From Aquificaceae bacterium (GTDB taxonomy: Bacteria; Aquificota; Aquificia; Aquificales; Aquificaceae): a stretch of DNA of 64,000 nucleotides. A program made the translations under genes and the position numbers. Within the stretch, counting starts at the first letter, position 1. Each line of letters starts with the position of its first letter. This document shows, one piece after another, positions 1 to 10,490 of the stretch. The stretch spans positions 128,001 through 192,000 of the forward strand of contig JAXSNR010000002.1 of the NCBI GenBank assembly GCA_037925075.1, given 5' to 3'. The notes below the pieces were generated by a model. That model had not been told where the DNA came from, did not search any database, and saw nothing but the letters and a program-made list of their open reading frames with translations.

Positions 1-65
1 TAGCGAGCATGCTTATTGAGCTTGGTGTGGAAAAGGAGCATATAAAGAAGGAAAAGTACGACTAA
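1..65 (+). CDS. 3' end of a gene entering the window (…ASMLIELGVEKEHIKKEKYD*); possibly an FAD/NAD(P)-binding oxidoreductase C-terminus
   Basis: Open frame from position 3 to TAA at 63-65. The 'L..LGV.KE.I..E.Y' ending resembles FNR-family reductases, but only 20 codons are visible. Confidence 0.45.
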   Translation, partial: ASMLIELGVEKEHIKKEKYD

Positions 66-829
66 GAGACGCCTTCAAGAAGCTTAAGGTTTTTGTAAGC
101 CCTATCTACGCTCTTCCTGTCGTATAAGCCTCTTAAAAAGTCCTCCAGCATAAGCCTGAGCTTGTCCCTTTTTTCTTCCTTTACAAGCTTTCCCTTTTGA
201 TAGACTTTTTCCCCTCCAAAATCAAGGATAAGTTCATCATCTATGTTCCATACCCTTCTTGGCTGTGCATGTTCCCATGCGACGCTAAGGCTGAAAGGTA
301 CCTCTTCCACATAGCCTGTAAGCGTCCATACTCCATCCTTTAAATCAAGTCCTTCAACTACTATGTTTTCAGAGATCCTTTGAAGAAGGTAAAGGTCATG
401 CCAAGCAAGGTCCCAAAGGGGCGATATATAACCCTTTCCTCTACCAAACCTTTCTATTTTTATAAAGCTTTTAGGTTTTTTCAAAAACTCTACGCATACC
501 GAATAACTTTCCACCTCTGAGATGTAAAGGGTTTGGTAGTTTTTGATTTTTTCAAATTCCTTGGAGCTTGTCGCTGGAGGCTTCTCAAGAAGAACAGGTA
601 TGTCCCTTTTTAAGAACTCTTTCGCTATTTTTGTATGCTCTTTTGGGTCCACAGCCACTATAACCGCTTTTAGCTCCTCCTGCACATCACCAAAATGGCA
701 GTAAAAAGGATGAGGCTTTTTTTCCTTAAGAGGGTCTATATCGCAAAGCACAAGCCTTTCACCAAGTTCTTCCAACTTCCAGAAGTATTTGTTTCCCATA
801 TTGCCAAGACCCACCAATAAAACATGCAT
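62..829 (-). CDS. Gfo/Idh/MocA family NAD-dependent oxidoreductase
   Basis: N-terminal GLGNMG Rossmann motif, LLEKP motif, DLAWHD motif. Confidence 0.85.
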   Translation of the reverse strand: MHVLLVGLGNMGNKYFWKLEELGERLVLCDIDPLKEKKPHPFYCHFGDVQEELKAVIVAVDPKEHTKIAKEFLKRDIPVLLEKPPATSSKEFEKIKNYQTLYISEVESYSVCVEFLKKPKSFIKIERFGRGKGYISPLWDLAWHDLYLLQRISENIVVEGLDLKDGVWTLTGYVEEVPFSLSVAWEHAQPRRVWNIDDELILDFGGEKVYQKGKLVKEEKRDKLRLMLEDFLRGLYDRKSVDRAYKNLKLLEGVS

Positions 830-921
830 GTATAGAATTTTAAAAGATTAGCCATAAGCTTATAAGGTTGAAATTTTTTAAAGCTTTCTTAAAATTATGC
901 TTAAACTCGGGAGGTGAAGCT

Positions 922-1740
922 ATGAAGAGGTTATATCTTACCTTAGCATTGTTTGTAGGAATCTCCTTTTCCCAGCAGATAACCATGAAAAGACCCCCCA
1001 AGTCTCTTGATAAGTACTACCCGCCCCAGTCTCAGAAGATGGAGTATCTTTCCAGCATGCATGCCATGAGCACAGCCTTTCATGGCATTAACCTGAACAT
1101 AAATGAAGGCAAGTGGGACAAAGCCCTTGAATGGGCTAACCAATTGAAAAAGGCTTACGAAGACGCTTCAAGAATGGTGCCAGAGTGGAAGGATTACTTT
1201 AAGCCCGCTTTGGCGGATGACCTTGTGAAGGCGGTTCAGTCAAAGAATGCGGATGCGGTAATAAGGGCTTCAAGGGAGCTTGGTCAGACCTGTAGTAAAT
1301 GCCATCAGGACAATCAGGCGGTTGTTAAACTATACTACCACTTTCCAAGGTATGACAAAATAACCCTTGAGGACCCTGTGGAGCTTCAGAATTTAAAGAC
1401 AAAGGACTACATGAAGAAGCTATCGGACTCAATGAAGTCTCTGAGGGTGTTTCTCCTTCAGGGTGAAATTGCCAAAGCAAAGGAGCATGGGAATAACTTT
1501 GTGGAAAGAGCAAAACAGTTAAATACCATGTGCACCAAATGCCATACCTCAAAGGCTTCCATAGAGTCCTTGGCAGGAAGGGAATATATCACAGCCCTTG
1601 ATAATCTTCAAAAGGCTCTTAATGCACCTCAGCCAAATAGAGATGTTATATTTAAACACCTTTCGGAGATAGGTCAGTATTGCTACAGGTGCCACAATGT
1701 GCACCTTATACCCGTGATTGTGCAGAATGCCTTAAAGTGA
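922..1740 (+). CDS. Exported triheme c-type cytochrome
   Basis: GGAGGT SD before ATG 922 (preferred over TTG 868); signal peptide MKRLYLTLALFVGISFS; three CxxCH motifs (CSKCH, CTKCH, CYRCH). Confidence 0.85.
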   Translation: MKRLYLTLALFVGISFSQQITMKRPPKSLDKYYPPQSQKMEYLSSMHAMSTAFHGINLNINEGKWDKALEWANQLKKAYEDASRMVPEWKDYFKPALADDLVKAVQSKNADAVIRASRELGQTCSKCHQDNQAVVKLYYHFPRYDKITLEDPVELQNLKTKDYMKKLSDSMKSLRVFLLQGEIAKAKEHGNNFVERAKQLNTMCTKCHTSKASIESLAGREYITALDNLQKALNAPQPNRDVIFKHLSEIGQYCYRCHNVHLIPVIVQNALK

Positions 1741-2451
1741 TGTATCAAGGAAGAGCATAAGCAAAAGACCAAAAAGGAAGGCTATTGTGGACTGGGTATG
1801 CTTGCCCTCCGCGTAGGCTTCTGGAAAGACTTCCTTTGCGGTTATGTAAATCATGGCACCACCACCAAAACCAAGACCCATAGCCAAAAGGCTTCCAAAA
1901 ACCTCAAAGAAGGCATACCCCACTATAGCAAAGAGGGCCTCAAGAAGCCCACTGAGAAAACCAACCCACAGGGGCATAAGCACCTTGCCAGTTATCACCA
2001 TAAGGGGCAGGCTAACCACAAAACCCTCAGGTACATCTTGCAAGGCTATGGCTATGGCGGTTTCAAACCCCTTATTCTCAGAGTATGCGGATGCTATACC
2101 TACGCTAAGACCCTCCGGGATGTTGTGAATTATCACCGCAAGGACTATCAGGTACAGCCTACTTATCTTTTGAGGTGAAAGCCCTTCTGTGCCCTTTAGA
2201 GTGTGCTCATGAGGTACAAGCCCTTCCAAAAGACCCATAAGCACAAAGCCCAGCACTATGCCAGCGGACACCTCATAAAAGCTACCAATTTCCAGTCCCG
2301 GAAGTATAAGGCTTGTGAAGCTTGCAACCAGCATAACGCCCCCGGTGAAAGCTAAGGCAATACCCACACTTAAAAGGGGCCTTCTAAAAATAACCGCAAG
2401 CAAGCTTCCAAGGAAGGTACCCAAAAGAAGAAGTAAGGATAAGGCAAGCAT
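1732..2451 (-). CDS. ZIP (ZupT/GufA) family divalent metal transporter
   Basis: Multi-TM protein with PHEH loop, HNIPEG and QDVPEG motifs. Confidence 0.9.
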   Translation of the reverse strand: MLALSLLLLLGTFLGSLLAVIFRRPLLSVGIALAFTGGVMLVASFTSLILPGLEIGSFYEVSAGIVLGFVLMGLLEGLVPHEHTLKGTEGLSPQKISRLYLIVLAVIIHNIPEGLSVGIASAYSENKGFETAIAIALQDVPEGFVVSLPLMVITGKVLMPLWVGFLSGLLEALFAIVGYAFFEVFGSLLAMGLGFGGGAMIYITAKEVFPEAYAEGKHTQSTIAFLFGLLLMLFLDTSL

Positions 2452-2452
2452 T

Positions 2453-2995
2453 TTACAAAAGCTCAGAAACCCTAAAAAGTGAGTAAACTTCTAGACCTTC
2501 CCTTTGAAGGTTTTCTTTTCCTCCCTCTTCCCTGTCCACCACCGCATAGACGCACAGCACCTCATACCCTTCTCTTTTGCATGCCTGAACCGCCCTTAAG
2601 GCTGAGCTTCCCGTGGTTATCACATCCTCCAACACCACAACCTTATCGCCAGACTCTAAAAGCCCTTCCACCTGCCTGCCAGTGCCGTGAACCTTTGGCT
2701 CCTTTCTGACTACAAAGGGCTTTATGGGGTTTCCTTCAAGGTACGAAACCATGCTTATGGCATAGGCTATAGGGTCCGCACCAAGGGTAAGACCTCCCAC
2801 ACCGTCTGGCTTTAGGTCCTTAAGGGCATCATACAAGATTTTTCCAACTATATACACACCTTCTGGGTCAAAGGTGATCTGCTTTAGGTCTATGTAAAAC
2901 CTGCTTAGCCTTCCGGAAGAAAGTTTAAAAATAGGCTCGTCTGCGACCTTTAAGGACCTTTCCCTTATAAGTGCTTTTAGCCTTTCCCTATCCAT
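2453..2995 (-). CDS. pyrE: Orotate phosphoribosyltransferase
   Basis: FKLSSGRLSRFYID, VRKEPK.HG, PRPP-binding VVLEDVITTGSS. Confidence 0.95.
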   Translation of the reverse strand: MDRERLKALIRERSLKVADEPIFKLSSGRLSRFYIDLKQITFDPEGVYIVGKILYDALKDLKPDGVGGLTLGADPIAYAISMVSYLEGNPIKPFVVRKEPKVHGTGRQVEGLLESGDKVVVLEDVITTGSSALRAVQACKREGYEVLCVYAVVDREEGGKENLQREGLEVYSLFRVSELL

Positions 2996-3491
2996 TGGCT
3001 TTTAGCCTTTCCTTTGCGTACTCCATAAGACCGCCGGCCTTTAGGATAGCCATAAGGGTTTCTGGAAACTTGGTAGCTTGGTATTCTTTGCCTGTGGTCA
3101 AGTTTCTTACTATGCCCTTTTCCAAGTCCAGCTCCACCTCATCGCCTTCCCTTATTTCATCCACGGCATCAGGGGCCTCCACTATGGGGAGGCCTATGTT
3201 TATGGCATTGCGGAAAAATATCCTCGCAAAGGATTTGGCAATAACCACGGGCACGCCCGCGTACTTTATGGCTATGGGTGCATGCTCCCTTGAAGAGCCA
3301 GAGCCAAAGTTTCTGCCCGCCACTATAATATCACCCTCCTTGTGCTCCTTGGCAAACTCCGGATGCTCCGAGTCTTCCATCACATGTTGGGCAAGCTCGT
3401 AGGGGTCAGAAGTGTTTAAATATCTGGCGGGTATTATCTGGTCTGTATCCACGTTGTCTCCAAACTTCCAAACCCTTCCTCTCACAACCAT
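2988..3491 (-). CDS. leuD: 3-isopropylmalate dehydratase small subunit
   Basis: DNVDTDQIIPARYL, NFGSGSSREHAP, SFARIFFRNAINIG. Confidence 0.92.
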   Translation of the reverse strand: MVVRGRVWKFGDNVDTDQIIPARYLNTSDPYELAQHVMEDSEHPEFAKEHKEGDIIVAGRNFGSGSSREHAPIAIKYAGVPVVIAKSFARIFFRNAINIGLPIVEAPDAVDEIREGDEVELDLEKGIVRNLTTGKEYQATKFPETLMAILKAGGLMEYAKERLKANG

Positions 3492-3509
3492 AAGAAGATT
3501 ATAGCACTT

Positions 3510-5801
3510 TCAACCCTTTACCACCACCCTTAAAATCCTGTCTTCTTCAAGCTCCCACCTTTTCCTTGCCCTCTGGTCAAGCCTACTCAGAGGCAGGTCC
3601 TTTTCTTCCATCTTGTCATAGAAAACCTTTCCTTCCGCACTTACAAGCATAAGCTCCACAGAACCTTTTATGGGTACTACATCCACAAGCTTTTCCCTTT
3701 TGGAACCCAACACTTCCACACCCTTTGTGTATCTACTCCTTTGTGGTATCTCTTGAAGAGATACCTTCTTTATACCTCCTTCTTCTGTTATCGCCAAAAG
3801 ATGTTCAGCGTCTTTTAATGCCCTAATGCCCACAACTCTGTCTTCCTTTTCAAGCTTTATACCCTGAACACCCTTTGAACCTACGGTGGCAGGTGGCACC
3901 TCAGCTACAGGAAACCTAAGAACCCTGCCTTTGTATGTGAAAAGAAGAATATCTCCTTCCTCTGGTGCTTGCACCACTTTGACCACGCGGTCCTCTTCGG
4001 AAAACCTTATTATCTGCATGCCCTGAGACTTGTATTCAAAATCCACAAGGGGTATCTTTTTCACATAGCCCTTTTCTGTGGCGAGGAGTATTCTTCCATC
4101 CATTCCAGAGCGTACAAAGGCTCCCACTATCTTTTCCTCAGGCTCTTTGAAAGACACAAGGCTTCCCTTCAAAGCCTGAGAACCCGCTATCCAATAAACC
4201 CTTCCTCGGTCGGAAACCATAAAAAGCCCATCGGTAAAGGGCACATCCAATATGTTGACCACTTCCTCACCCTCTTGTATTTCCTCAAGAGGCACAATCC
4301 TACCCTTTGCATAGACCACCACCGTAAGACTGCCTTCTTCTTGTGTTTGAATTCCTTCTATTAAAGTTTTTCTTGGCGTGATAAAGGCTTTTGAGATTTC
4401 TTGCATTTCCTCTATAAAGACCTTTATCCTTTCCTCTTCCCTTTCTACCAGTTTTGTGTAATACTCTATCTTCTGCCTTAGGTCCTTTTCCTCTTCTTCC
4501 AGCTTGCTTCTTTCAAGGGAGGTTAGCCTTTGAAGCCTCATATCCAGCACCGCGTTTGCCTGAGCTTGAGAAAGCTCATAATTTTTGGTGAGCTTTTCCC
4601 TCGCCTCTTGGATGTCCGCAGAGCTCCTTATGTCCCTTATCACACCGTCAAGGTTCCTAAGAGCTACAAGCAAGCCTTCAACTATGTGGAGCCTTTCTTT
4701 TGCCTTCTGAAGGTAAAAGTTAGACCTTCTTAGGATAACCTCTAGCCTGTGCCTCATAAATTCTTGAAGAAGCGTCTTTATACCAAGGAGCTTTGGCTCA
4801 CCCCTTACCAAGACCACAAAGTTCAGCGGGAAGTTCTTTCTAAGAGAGGTGTACCTATACAACTTCTCCAAAACCTTCTCACCCTTTGCCTCACGCTTTA
4901 GCTCCACCACTATCCTTATACCTTCCTTATCGGATTCGTCCCTTATGTCGGATATCTCCTTTATCCTTCCTTCCCTCACAAGCTCTGCCATGCGTTTTAT
5001 GAGCTCCGCCTTGTTAACCTGATAAGGTAGCTCACTTATCACAATCTGCTCCCTTCCTCCCTGAAGCCTTTCTATATGAGCCTTTGCCCTTATACGCACT
5101 TGACCTCTACCCTTTTCATAAAACTCCACTAACTCTGAATAGTTTTCCACTATACCACCCGTGGGGAAGTCTGGACCCTTTATGTGTTTCATCACCTCCT
5201 CAGTGGTAAGGTTTGGGTTCTTTGCCAGCTCAATAAGAGCTTGACATACCTCCCTTAGGTTATGAGGTGGTACAGAGGTGGCAAGCCCTACAGCTATACC
5301 GCTTGTGCCGTTGCAAAGCAGATTGGGAAACTTGGCGGGTAGGACAGATGGCTCAAGGGTTGAACCGTCAAAGTTGGGCATAAAGTCCACCGTGTTTTTA
5401 TCAATGTCCTCAAGGAGTTTGACCGCATACTTGGAAAGCTTTGCCTCCGTATACCTCATTGCGGCGGGCGGGTCTCCGTCCACCGAGCCAAAGTTCCCCT
5501 GACCTATCACCAGTGGGTAGTTCATGTTAAAGTCCTGAGCCATACGCACAAGAGCTTCATACACCGCTTGATCTCCGTGGGGGTGGTAGTATCCAAGCAC
5601 CGCACCTACAATTCTGGCACTTTTGACGAAGGCCTTTTCTGGATAGAGGTTCATATCGTGCATGGCGTAGAGTATTCTTCTTTGGACGGGCTTTAGGCCA
5701 TCTCTCACGTCGGGTATGGCCCTGCCCACGATAACGGACATGGCATAGTCTATGTAGGACTGTTTTACCTCTTCCTCTATGGGAACTGTAAGGATTTCCA
5801 T
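3510..5801 (-). CDS. gyrA: Type IIA topoisomerase subunit A (GyrA/ParC-like)
   Basis: [34 protein letters not shown], catalytic AAMRYTE; beta-pinwheel-type C-terminal repeats. Confidence 0.92.
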   Translation of the reverse strand: MEILTVPIEEEVKQSYIDYAMSVIVGRAIPDVRDGLKPVQRRILYAMHDMNLYPEKAFVKSARIVGAVLGYYHPHGDQAVYEALVRMAQDFNMNYPLVIGQGNFGSVDGDPPAAMRYTEAKLSKYAVKLLEDIDKNTVDFMPNFDGSTLEPSVLPAKFPNLLCNGTSGIAVGLATSVPPHNLREVCQALIELAKNPNLTTEEVMKHIKGPDFPTGGIVENYSELVEFYEKGRGQVRIRAKAHIERLQGGREQIVISELPYQVNKAELIKRMAELVREGRIKEISDIRDESDKEGIRIVVELKREAKGEKVLEKLYRYTSLRKNFPLNFVVLVRGEPKLLGIKTLLQEFMRHRLEVILRRSNFYLQKAKERLHIVEGLLVALRNLDGVIRDIRSSADIQEAREKLTKNYELSQAQANAVLDMRLQRLTSLERSKLEEEEKDLRQKIEYYTKLVEREEERIKVFIEEMQEISKAFITPRKTLIEGIQTQEEGSLTVVVYAKGRIVPLEEIQEGEEVVNILDVPFTDGLFMVSDRGRVYWIAGSQALKGSLVSFKEPEEKIVGAFVRSGMDGRILLATEKGYVKKIPLVDFEYKSQGMQIIRFSEEDRVVKVVQAPEEGDILLFTYKGRVLRFPVAEVPPATVGSKGVQGIKLEKEDRVVGIRALKDAEHLLAITEEGGIKKVSLQEIPQRSRYTKGVEVLGSKREKLVDVVPIKGSVELMLVSAEGKVFYDKMEEKDLPLSRLDQRARKRWELEEDRILRVVVKG

Positions 5802-5820
5802 GGGGGTTTAAAATTATACC

Positions 5821-6195
5821 ATGCTTGAAGACTGGTTAAAAAGGCTGAGGGAACTATCCCAAAGGGATGCGGTGCTTGTGGAGGGAAAAAGGGACAGGCA
5901 AGCTCTTCAGAGGTTTGGCATAAAAAACATCTTCACCCTTGAAGGCAAGAGGTTTGCGGACCTTCCAGACCTTCTTGAGGGCTTTGAGAGGGTGGTGCTT
6001 CTTTTTGACCTTGATAAGCATGGGGAGAGGATAAATACGAAGGTTAAAGAAATTTTAAAAAAACAGGGCTATATTTTAATAGAAGACTTCCGAGAGGAGC
6101 TAAGAGGTAGAGGAATAATTTATGTGGAGGACATAGATGGAGAAATCCACAGTCCTAACCCTTCTACTGGTGCAGGACAGGCTCATAAGGCTTAA
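5821..6195 (+). CDS. Stand-alone small TOPRIM-domain protein
   Basis: VLVEGKRD and LLFDLDKHGE (E plus DxD) TOPRIM motifs. Confidence 0.85.
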   Translation: MLEDWLKRLRELSQRDAVLVEGKRDRQALQRFGIKNIFTLEGKRFADLPDLLEGFERVVLLFDLDKHGERINTKVKEILKKQGYILIEDFREELRGRGIIYVEDIDGEIHSPNPSTGAGQAHKA

Positions 6196-6640
6196 TATGC
6201 AGATGTTAGAAGGCATTCTCAAAGAAATAAAAGCTGACGTGGAAGAGTTGAGCCTTCTTGCTGAGGCATGCCTTTCTGAAGAGGAATACCAAAGATATAA
6301 GAAGGTGGTCCTCAAGGTGGAAGCCGACCTTCTAAGCAAGATATCGGAGGTGGTGGACCACATATACGACATATACGAGGTTTTCAACTTTGACATAACC
6401 TTTTTATCCACACTGCCGGAAGAACTGGGTAGAGAGATAGAAAGGCTCGATGCGATAAACTCCATAAACTCCAAGCTTGAGTTTATAATTGCTATGTTTG
6501 AAGAAATCCTGCTCTTGGCAGAGGAAAGCCCAAAGATGTTTGCCATACTTACACCTTTTAGAGTTTACAGAGAGGTAATAAAACAGAGCCTTGAGTTTAA
6601 CAGAAGGCTTAATGGAATCAGTCTTCAGAAGATTGGATAA
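6137..6640 (+). CDS. Hypothetical alpha-helical acidic protein
   Basis: 167 aa ORF with GGAGG SD and host-like composition; no recognisable motif. Confidence 0.7.
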   Translation: MEKSTVLTLLLVQDRLIRLNMQMLEGILKEIKADVEELSLLAEACLSEEEYQRYKKVVLKVEADLLSKISEVVDHIYDIYEVFNFDITFLSTLPEELGREIERLDAINSINSKLEFIIAMFEEILLLAEESPKMFAILTPFRVYREVIKQSLEFNRRLNGISLQKIG

Positions 6641-7322
6641 GCTCAAGGACCTTTTTTGCCGCAAGCTGTTGTGCGGACTTTTTGCTTTTCCCCTTTGCGG
6701 TAGCCCTGAACTCCCTAATAGCACATTCCACTTCAAAAACTCTGCTGTGATGTGGACCTTCTACGCTTACAACACGGTAGAGTGGTCTGTCTTTCCATCG
6801 TCTTTGCGTTTCCTCTTGAAGAAGGGTCTTGTAGTCTCTCTGGTATTCTTTGTTTTTAACCGAGGATACTATCCTTTCTCTGTACAGCCTGTTAAAGAGG
6901 TCCTTAACAAAGTCCGCAGAGCTACCACAGTCTAAGTATATGGCAGCCCACAGAGCTTCAAAGGTGTCCGCCATAAGGGAGGAGCTTATATGGTTGCTTT
7001 TCCTCTTCCCTCCGTAAAGTATATACAAATCAAGGCCTAGCTCCTCCGCAAGCTCATGAAGATAGTCCTCGCTCACAAGGTAGGACTTCATTATGGCAAG
7101 CTCCCCCTCAGAGGCGGAGGGAAACTCAGACAGAAGCACATCAACCACAAAGAAGTTTATGAGAGAATCTCCGAGAAACTCAAGGGTCTCGTAGCTTTTT
7201 GTCCCATGCTCTCCCGCATAGGACTTATGGGTAAGGGACTGAAGTAGAAGCTCAGGGTTGTTAAAGGTATAACCCAGCTTTTTTTGAAGCTCTTCAAGGC
7301 TTTTTAAAGAGGAGGCAGGCAT
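6618..7322 (-). CDS. rnc: Ribonuclease III (start uncertain)
   Basis: YETLEFLGD signature, ADTFEAL, C-terminal dsRBD (DYKTLLQE…[12 protein letters not shown]). Confidence 0.95.
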   Translation of the reverse strand: MPASSLKSLEELQKKLGYTFNNPELLLQSLTHKSYAGEHGTKSYETLEFLGDSLINFFVVDVLLSEFPSASEGELAIMKSYLVSEDYLHELAEELGLDLYILYGGKRKSNHISSSLMADTFEALWAAIYLDCGSSADFVKDLFNRLYRERIVSSVKNKEYQRDYKTLLQEETQRRWKDRPLYRVVSVEGPHHSRVFEVECAIREFRATAKGKSKKSAQQLAAKKVLELIQSSED

Positions 7323-8532
7323 TGGTTCCACCAAAGCCAAAGGAATTAGAAAGGGCATATTTTACAGGGTATTCGATTGCCTTATTGGGCACATAGTCAA
7401 GATCACACTCGGGGTCTGGGTTTTCAAGGTTTATGGTGGGTGGTATTATGCCAGTTTCTACCGTCTTTACCGTTGCCACCGCTTCCACCGCACCCGCTGC
7501 ACCAAGAAGGTGCCCTATCATGGACTTATTGGAGCTTATCTTTAGCCTGTAGGCATGTTCTCCAAAAAGCCTTTTTATGGCAAGGGTTTCAGACTTGTCG
7601 TTGAGAGGTGTGGAAGTGCCGTGAGCGTTTATGTAATCTATTTCCTCGGGTTTTACCTTTGCGTTCTCCAAAGCAAGCTTCATGCACATATAGGCACCCT
7701 CACCATCCGCACAGGGAGCGGTTATATGATAGGCATCGTCGGTAGCACCGTATCCCACAAGTTCCGCGTATATTTTTGCACCCCTTGCCTTTGCATGCTC
7801 GTACTCTTCCAAAACCAAAATACCAGCTCCCTCTCCCATAACAAAGCCGTCTCTATCTTTGTCAAAGGGCCTTGATGCCTTTTGAGGTTCATGGTTTCTC
7901 GTGGATAAGGCTCTCATTGAAGCAAAGCCTGCCACACCAAGGGGAGTTACGGCACTTTCGCATCCACCTGCTATAGCCACATCAATGTCCCCCTTTTGTA
8001 TTAACCTCATGGCATCGCCTATGGCATGGTTCCCTGTCGCACAGGCGGATACCACGCAGTAGTTGGGGCCCTTAAAGCCAAACCTTATGGCTACCAAACC
8101 GCTTGCCATGTTAGAAATGCCATAGGGTATGAAAAAGGGAGAAACCCTCCTTGGACCCTTTTCCATTAGCACCTTTTGCTGTTCTTCTATATCCCTTAAT
8201 CCACCTATACCCGTGCCTATTATCACACCTACCTTGTAAGGGTCATACTTGGCTTCCAAAAGCCCGCTGTCTTTTATTGCCTCTTCGGAGGCGGCCACCG
8301 CAAACTTGATAAAGTCCGATATCTTTTGAGCGTCCTTTTTGTCAAAGTACCTTTCGGGCTCAAAGTCTCTTACCTCTCCTGCGATATGAACAGAAAGCCC
8401 TACTTCAACAGGGTCAAACCTCTTTATTATGTCTATACCGCTAACGCCTGATATTAAATTTTCCCAAAACTTCTGCACTCCGGTCCCTATGGGGGTTACA
8501 GCCCCAAGACCGGTTATCACCACACGACGCAT
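7294..8532 (-). CDS. fabF: Beta-ketoacyl-ACP synthase II
   Basis: [41 protein letters not shown]. Confidence 0.97.
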   Translation of the reverse strand: MRRVVITGLGAVTPIGTGVQKFWENLISGVSGIDIIKRFDPVEVGLSVHIAGEVRDFEPERYFDKKDAQKISDFIKFAVAASEEAIKDSGLLEAKYDPYKVGVIIGTGIGGLRDIEEQQKVLMEKGPRRVSPFFIPYGISNMASGLVAIRFGFKGPNYCVVSACATGNHAIGDAMRLIQKGDIDVAIAGGCESAVTPLGVAGFASMRALSTRNHEPQKASRPFDKDRDGFVMGEGAGILVLEEYEHAKARGAKIYAELVGYGATDDAYHITAPCADGEGAYMCMKLALENAKVKPEEIDYINAHGTSTPLNDKSETLAIKRLFGEHAYRLKISSNKSMIGHLLGAAGAVEAVATVKTVETGIIPPTINLENPDPECDLDYVPNKAIEYPVKYALSNSFGFGGTNACLLFKKP

Positions 8533-8768
8533 TAGCTCTTCACTCTCTCCTTTAGGTAGTCTATAACATCGCCTACTGTTCTTATCTTTTCCGCGTCTTC
8601 GTCCGGTATTTCAATGCCAAACTCCTCCTCAAAAGCCATCACAAGCTCCACCACATCCAAAGAATCCGCACCAAGGTCTTCCACAAACTTAGCACTTGGA
8701 TTTAGTTTTTCTACCTCAACACCAAGCTGGTCTGCGATTATTTCCCTTATTCTCTGCTCCAGTTCCAT
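8532..8768 (-). CDS. acpP: Acyl carrier protein
   Basis: [12 protein letters not shown] phosphopantetheine site; GGAGGT SD. Confidence 0.97.
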   Translation of the reverse strand: MELEQRIREIIADQLGVEVEKLNPSAKFVEDLGADSLDVVELVMAFEEEFGIEIPDEDAEKIRTVGDVIDYLKERVKS

Positions 8769-8832
8769 TTTTTACCTCCTGCTTTTTGTGGGTAGTTGTA
8801 TTATACCACAAATTAGGGCTATAATATTAGAC

Positions 8833-9582
8833 ATGGCAGGGCATAGCCATTGGGCTCAGATAAAGCACAAGAAGGCAAAGATTGACGCGCAAAGGGGCAA
8901 GGTATTCACAAAAATAATCCGAGAAATCACCGTCGCGGTCAGGGAAGGTGGGCCAAACCCAGAGACAAACCCAAGATTAAGGGCCGCCATAGAAAACGCC
9001 AGAAGGGTTAATATGCCCACTGAGACCATAGAAAGGGCTATAAAAAAGGGTACTGGTGAACTTGCCGGAGAGAGCTACGAAGAGGTGCTTTACGAAGGGT
9101 ATGCTCCCGGTGGCGTAGCCCTTATGATACTTGCTTATACGGATAACAGAAACAGAACAACCTCAGAAGTAAGACATGTGCTTTCCAAACACGGTGGAAA
9201 CCTTGGGTCTTCTGGATGCGTTTCCTTTCTCTTTGACAGGGTAGGCATTATTGAAGTGCCAAAGGAAGGCATAAGCGAGGATGAGATGTACGAAAAGGCC
9301 ATAGAAGCTGGTGCGGAAGATGTGGAGGTGGGAGAGATTGCTTATACCTTATACACAAAGCCGGAAGACCTTTATGCGGTAAAGGAAGCCCTTGAGTCCG
9401 CTGGTTTGCAGGTGGAAAGGGCTGAAATAGCCTACAAGCCCAACACCTTGGTTCAAGTTCAGGATGTGGAGTCCGCAAAAAGGATACTTAAACTACTTGA
9501 TGCCCTTGAAGACCTTGAGGATGTAAAGGAAGTCATAGCCAACTTTGATATACCCAAGGAAATCTTGGAGCAGGTAAGCTAA
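8833..9582 (+). CDS. yebC: YebC/PmpR family protein
   Basis: Canonical N-terminus MAGHSHWAQIKHKK at ATG 8833; YEGYAPGG, TDNRNRT. Confidence 0.95.
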   Translation: MAGHSHWAQIKHKKAKIDAQRGKVFTKIIREITVAVREGGPNPETNPRLRAAIENARRVNMPTETIERAIKKGTGELAGESYEEVLYEGYAPGGVALMILAYTDNRNRTTSEVRHVLSKHGGNLGSSGCVSFLFDRVGIIEVPKEGISEDEMYEKAIEAGAEDVEVGEIAYTLYTKPEDLYAVKEALESAGLQVERAEIAYKPNTLVQVQDVESAKRILKLLDALEDLEDVKEVIANFDIPKEILEQVS

Positions 9583-10424
9583 AAGAGCCTGTCCAAGAGG
9601 ACAAATACAAAAAAGACCACACTTATGTACCCATTTACGGTAAAAAAGGCTTTGTTTATCTTGGAAAGGTCATAGGGCTTTATGAGGGAATGCTCATAGT
9701 AGAGAAACATGGCAATGCCTAAAAGTCCTAAGAGATAAACAAAACCAAGAAAATCAACCCTGAAAAGCAATGTAAGAAGGGAAAGGAAAGTAATAGCGTG
9801 GAAAAATCTGGCAATCCAGATAGCCTTTTCTATTCCAAACTTCACAGGAATGGATTTAAGGCCGTGATTTTTATCAAACTCGTAGTCCTGAAGGGCATAC
9901 AGTATATCAAAGCCCGCAACCCAAAAAGCCATAGCAAGCCCAAGGATCAGGGCGTTTGAGGAGATATGTTCGTTAAAGGATACATCTATGGCTAAGGGAA
10001 TGAGAAAATAAACTCCTCCAAGCACCAAATGAGGGTAGTAGGTTATCCTCTTGGCATAAGGATAAAGCCATAGAAGAAAAAGCACCAAAGGAGCAAGCAA
10101 AAAGGCATAAAGGTTTATCATAAGGGTAGAAAGGAGAAAAACTCCACCAGATAGGAAGATAAGTCTTTTTATGCTTTCCTCTGAGACCTCGCCCTTTGCA
10201 TGAACCCACTGGTTTGTCCTTGGGTTTAGCCTGTCTATGGGAAGATCTATAAGCCTGTTGAGTGCCATGCCGGCGGTTCTGGCACTTATGAAGGCAATGA
10301 GCACCCAGAAAAGCCTCCAAGAGGAAGGCACTTGCTCATACAGTAAGACAATGCTGGCAAGGGCAAAGGGAAGGGCAAAAATGGTGTGTTCAAACTTTAC
10401 AAGTTCAAGGTATTTCTTGTTCAT
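9579..10424 (-). CDS. UbiA-family polyprenyltransferase (MqnP-like); alternative start 10448
   Basis: KFEHTIFALPFA, NRLIDLPIDRLNPRT, FDILYALQD. Confidence 0.88.
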   Translation of the reverse strand: MNKKYLELVKFEHTIFALPFALASIVLLYEQVPSSWRLFWVLIAFISARTAGMALNRLIDLPIDRLNPRTNQWVHAKGEVSEESIKRLIFLSGGVFLLSTLMINLYAFLLAPLVLFLLWLYPYAKRITYYPHLVLGGVYFLIPLAIDVSFNEHISSNALILGLAMAFWVAGFDILYALQDYEFDKNHGLKSIPVKFGIEKAIWIARFFHAITFLSLLTLLFRVDFLGFVYLLGLLGIAMFLYYEHSLIKPYDLSKINKAFFTVNGYISVVFFVFVLLDRLF

Positions 10425-10490
10425 GTTTAGAAGTCTCAACCTTACCATAATATCATAAAACTTCAGCCACCTTGGGTTTATATTATATGT

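Noticed and set aside
8614..8832. N-terminal extension of the YebC ORF in the track
   Set aside because: Antisense to acpP; the family N-terminus MAGHS begins at 8833 right after a TATAAT
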